Shown: positions 59,228 through 64,000 of the stretch, piece by piece
Layout: each line of letters starts with the position of its first letter
How positions within the stretch are numbered: position 1 is the first letter of the stretch
Assembly (NCBI RefSeq): GCF_036365525.1
Contig: NC_090399.1
Span: forward strand, 15,251,558 to 15,315,557
Reading direction: 5' to 3'
Source: Heterodontus francisci
Lineage: Eukaryota
DNA length: 64,000 nucleotides
Position numbers and translations under genes: made by a program
Notes under the pieces: model-generated
Seen by the model: only the letters and a program-made list of their open reading frames with translations
Database searches by the model: none
What the model was told of the DNA's origin: nothing

Positions 59228-62200
59228 TTTATTTATTTCCAAAATATACTTTATTCATAAAAATCTGTAAAAAAAAATTACAAAACAGTTCCAAAAAGCA
59301 CCAAGTCAAACAATACAAAGAGTACAAAGGAGATCAGCTTCCTTCAATACAGGAGTGAGTTGCCTCACAACCCTTCCATTTCATTTTACCTGCCATGTAC
59401 ATTTTACAACAGACAAATATTTTCTGGCTGCAGTTCGAGGGGTTTTCCATGCATCCAGCCCCTCAGTTCACCTTGGTGAGGGGACCTTATACAGTGGTCT
59501 TTCCCCATTCAGCCTTTGCCGCAGCTGCCCCAAGCTTTAGTGCGTCCCTCAGCACTTAGTCCTGGACCTTGGAATGTGCCAGTCTGCAACATTCGGTCGT
59601 GGGCAACTCTTTGCGCTGAAAGACCAGCAAGTTTCGGGCAGACCAAAGGACGTCTTTCACTGAATTGATAGTCCTCCAGCAGTAGTTGATGGTTATCTCT
59701 GAGTGCGTCCCTGAGAACAGACCATAGAGCACAGACTCCTGTGTTACAGAACTGCTTGGGATGAACCTCGACAAAAACCACTGCATCTCTTTCCACACCT
59801 GCTTTGCAAAGACACATTGCAGAAAGCGGTGGGCAACCGTCTCTTACCCACCACAGCCACCTCGAGGGCATTGTACAGAGGGTATGCAACTCTGGGCGTG
59901 CAGGAAGGATCTGACGGGGAGGGCCCTTCTCACCACCAGCCAAGCTATAATTTGATGCTTGTTTGAAAGTTCTGGTGATGAGGCATTCCGCCAAATGACT
60001 TTGGCAGTCTACTCGGGGAACCATCCGACAAAATCCACCATCTCCTTTTCCCGTAGGGCCTTGAGGACATTCCATGCAAATCACTGCCTGATGGATTGGT
60101 GGTCAAAGGTGTTTTTCCACAGAAACTTTTCCATGAAGGATAGGTGGTACAGCATGGTCCAACTGGATGGAGCGTTCCGCAGCAATTTGACCAGACCCAT
60201 CTTTCGCAACACCGGGGACAGGTAGAACCTCAGCACATTGTGACACTTGGAGTTTGCGTACTGGGGATTTACACACAGCTTGATGCAGCCGCACACGAAG
60301 GTGGTCATCAGGAGGAGGGCGGTGTTAGGTACATTTTTCCCGCCCTTATCGAGAGGTTTGAACATCGTGTCCCTCCGGACATGGTCCATTTTGCATCCCC
60401 ATGTGAAGCGGAAAATGGCTGTGCAGGAGTGGGGTATGGGCCAGACCTGCGCCACGTACAGCAACAACATGAACGCCTTGCATCTGATGACCAGGTTCTT
60501 ACCCACAATGGAAAGAGATCACTGCTCCCAAATGCTCAGCTTATGGTGTATGCTCGCTACTCACTCCTTCCAGGTTTTGGTGCCTGCCCCGGCCCCTCCA
60601 AACCATATCCCCAACACCTTCAGGTAGTCTGACCTGACAGTGAAGGGGATAAAGGATCGGTCAGCCCAGTTCCCAAAGAACATGGCCACGCTCTTTTGTG
60701 GTTAAGTTTGGCTCCCGAGGCCAGTTCAAACTGGTCGCAGATGCTCATCAGTCTGTGAACAGACAGCAGATCCGAGCAGAAGATGGCGACGGCGTCCATG
60801 TACAGGGAGGCTTTGACCTGAGTGCCTCCGCTGCCTGGGTTTGTCACTCCTGTTATGCTTGCATCCTTCCTAATGGACTCAGCAAAGGGTTCAATACAGC
60901 AAACAAACAACTCAGTGGAGAGAGGACAGCCCTGTCTGACTCCAGATTGAATCGGGAAACTTTCTGATTCCCATCCATTGATTGAGACTGTGCTACTGAT
61001 GTTTGTGTAGAGCAGTTGGATCCAATAGCGGATTCCCTCCCCAAACCCCATTTTGGAGAGCACGTCCATCATGTATGTGTGTGATATCCTGTCAAAAGCC
61101 TTCTCTTGGTCCAGGCTGGTGAGGCAGATGTCCACCGTCCTGTCCCGTACATAGGCGATCGTATCCCTGAGTAGCGCGAGACTATCAGAGACCTTACTGC
61201 CGGGTACAGTGCAGGTCTGGTCAGGGGGAATCACCAACTCCAGAGCAGACGTGACTCGACCGGCTATGACTTTGGACAGAATCTTGTAGTCTACATTGAG
61301 CAGTAAGATGGGCCGCCAATTTCTGATTTCTGTCCTCTCCCCCTTCCACTTGTAGATGAGGGTGATGATGCCTTTCCTCATGGATTCTGCCATGCTGCCA
61401 GCTATGAGCATACTCTCATATAGTTCCAGCAGGTCTGGGCCGACCCTGTCCCACAGGGCCGAATACAACTCAACCAGTAAGCCATTACTTCCAGGAGTTT
61501 TACTCATCTCAAAGGACCTGACAGCCTTTGTCAGCTCATCCAGGGTTAACTGCTTGTCCAGTCTCTCCCTCATGCTGTCATCTAAGACCTCTGTGATAGA
61601 TGATAGGCAGGACTGGGAGGCTCTGCTGTCTGTGGGTTTCACGTCATACAGCCCAGCATTAAAGAATTTGCTGATCCTTAGTATGTCAAACTGCAAAGAC
61701 GTTGCTGAGCCATCCTCTTCCTTCAGGATGCTGATCACAGAGCTCTATGTCTCTCTGTACCTTTGGAAGAAGTAACGTGAACACATCTCATCCTGCTCAA
61801 TGGAGCGGATTCTAGACCGGAAGTTGATCATGGAGGCCTCCGTGGCAAAGAGCGAGGCATGCTGGCTCTTCACCTCATGGAGATCCTCCTTGACCTCGAC
61901 CCCCATCGACTACAGCCGGAGCAGATTTTGCATAATTTTCGGGAGTTGGGACATTTGCCTCTGTCTCTCTCTCGCCCTCTGAACACCTTTGAAGATAAAG
62001 AACCTCTTGGTGTTCTCCTTGATCACCTCCCACCAGTGCACTGGAGACTCAAAGAGGGGTTTCACGGTTCCCCAACATTTGTAATCCCTTTTGAGTTCCT
62101 CAATGTTCTCTGGTGTTAGCAGTGTGGCATTGAGCTTCCATGTCCCCCTGCCAACCCACTGGTCATCCTGTAAGTGACAGTCCGCCAGTAAGAGGCAGTG

Positions 62201-64000
62201 GTCGGAGAAGAACACTGGTTTGACATTGGTGGATCTGACCGTGACAGCACAGGACACAACAGGAAGTCAATCCTGGAATGGGCAGACCTGTCCGATCTTG
62301 ACCAGGTGTATCGACGCTGTGCTCCGTCTGCAGGTTTGCTGAAGACGTCGTGCAGCTTGGCATCTTTTACTGTTTCTATTAGGAATCTGAACGTCGCGTC
62401 CAGTTTGCTGTCGTCACTGCCGGATCATCCAGCTGCATTGATGATGCAGTTGAAGTCACCGCCTAGGATGACCAACCCGGATGTTGCCAGCAGCAGTGGG
62501 AGCTGCTGGAAAACGATCAGCTGCTCACTGCAGTGAACTGGGGCGTACTCGATGATCAACCAGAGCAGAGCATTGTTCTACATTACATCTGCTACGAGGA
62601 CGTGACCGCCCACCACCTCCTTAACCTCGGAGATGATGAAGTTACCTCCCCGCAGCAGAATACCTAAGCCAGAGGAACGGGAATCATTACCCCCTGACCA
62701 AATCGATGGCCCGTGGGACCACAACCTCAACCATTGTCTGTAGGTGCTGAGGTGTGGTATTTCACACTCCTGCAGAAACAGTAGGTTGGCTTTGACCTTG
62801 GCGAGGTAGTCCAAGGTTGAAACACATCGCATAGTGGATTTAATGCTACACACGTTAATTGAAGCAATCCTTATACCCATTTTTAAGTTAGTTGTTGCTT
62901 CCCACACCATTTGTCCTTGCTAGACCCAGTCCTTTGGTATGTTCCTGCATACGCATAGTGTACGCATGCTGTTTCACGTTTGTTGGGCTCAGAAACACCT
63001 CCTGGTTTCTCATGCAGGGTTTGTTCCACTGGGGTGACATCGGGGGTGGGGGGGGCGGTCGTGTACATAGCAAGGATTGGGCTGTCCTCTGCTGTTGTTT
63101 CCTCCTCGAGAACATCACTGCTCCCAGCTTCCCGGAGCTGGAGCACACCAGATGTGTCATTGCTCTCGGTGTCCCGGAGCAGGGATACACTGGTCATGTT
63201 GCTAGATTTGGCGCTTTGGGTTTGAGGCGTGCTGGGCCCATGACAACTTTCAGTGCCCAGGGGCTGGGAGGCTTCATCTTCCAGCTCCTTTGAGTTATTC
63301 CGCTTCTTTTGTAGGTGTGGTCATTCCGACACGTCCTTGTCCAGTGAAGAGGAGCTGCTGTAGTCTTTCTCAGACGGTAGGCTCCTCTTGCCATTGGTTT
63401 GGGTGGTGACCTGTTCCGCTTTGGGCAGATTTTTCCTTGTGGTTTTCTTTTGTGCCACTTGCCACTGACCTGTTTGCCCATCTGCTGCCTCCTCCTCCAT
63501 TGATTCTGTCTGTGCAGGAGGGGTTTCTGGGCACAGGGTATGTGTTGGGTCGCTGGTTTCAGCTGCCTTCCCTTTCTTCTCCTTCTCAGGTAGGCTTTCC
63601 TTGCTACGGAGAGGATTGCTTGCCTCCTTCCCAGCACCAGACGCATTCATTGTTCTTTCTCCTGGCCTTTCCTTGGGCCTTGCCACCTGAGCATAGCTGA
63701 GGCAACTTTTGGGGCAGGTTTTCTAGAGTTGGCCTGCCTCACCACACAGGTTGCAGCACTTACTCTGTTACACTCTTTGGTCTGATGGCCTTCCTTCCAG
63801 CAGTTCATGCAGTCGACGGTACTGCAGTTTGCTGCCATGTGACCAGATTTGCCACAGGTGCAACAAACTCTGGGCTGCTCCGCACAGACTAAGAAGCCTC
63901 GATTTCCCCTGATAGTGAAGCTGGAGGGAGGGTGGATGATGGCTGCATTGGCATCGACCTTCAAGGTCACCTTGACCTGCCACGTACTTGTCCAAATCCC
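59228..64000 (-). mobile_element. Tx1/L1-clade LINE, decayed, running off the window end
   Basis: ORF1 CCHC knuckles (CCTCGKSGHMAANC), APE (IASINV, LFLQE, FFSDH), RT (NWRPILLLNVDYKIL, LDQEKAFD, GVRQGCPLS), AATAAA and A-rich 3' end at ~59230-59255. Confidence 0.93.

Noticed and set aside
58807-59242. Two overlapping minus-strand ORFs between the CR1 and Tx1 elements
   Set aside because: No recognisable domain or splice pattern; starts lie in repeat remnants.

Overview
Repeat-rich vertebrate genomic DNA, very probably a cartilaginous fish (inferred from its CR1, V-SINE, DeuSINE and Penelope repeats). Between the repeats is a + strand tandem cluster of NKp30/NCR3-like single VJ-type Ig receptor genes that the ORF track mostly misses. 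Gene A is intact in 5 exons, join(9770..9827,14285..14623,16311..16442,19244..19296,19390..19437), 209 aa: signal peptide, VJ domain, Cys stalk, uncharged TM and its own ITAM (YMGL-x7-YSEL). Gene B (~32474-40620) is a paralog with a damaged leader and V exon but clean TM and cytoplasmic exons carrying ITIM-type motifs (LHYAQM, IEYASI, LTYANS). Decayed relics of further copies lie upstream (ITAM tail ~3250-3480, V exon ~6183-6500). This looks like an activating/inhibitory paired-receptor locus under birth-and-death evolution. The rest is mobile DNA: two near full-length CR1 LINEs, a Tx1/L1-like LINE, a deleted LTR retroelement with a tRNA-Arg PBS plus a solo LTR, Penelope fragments with hammerhead-like motifs, a hAT MITE, SINEs, L2 fragments and a 30-bp minisatellite. 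Exons were read by hand; repeat boundaries are approximate.
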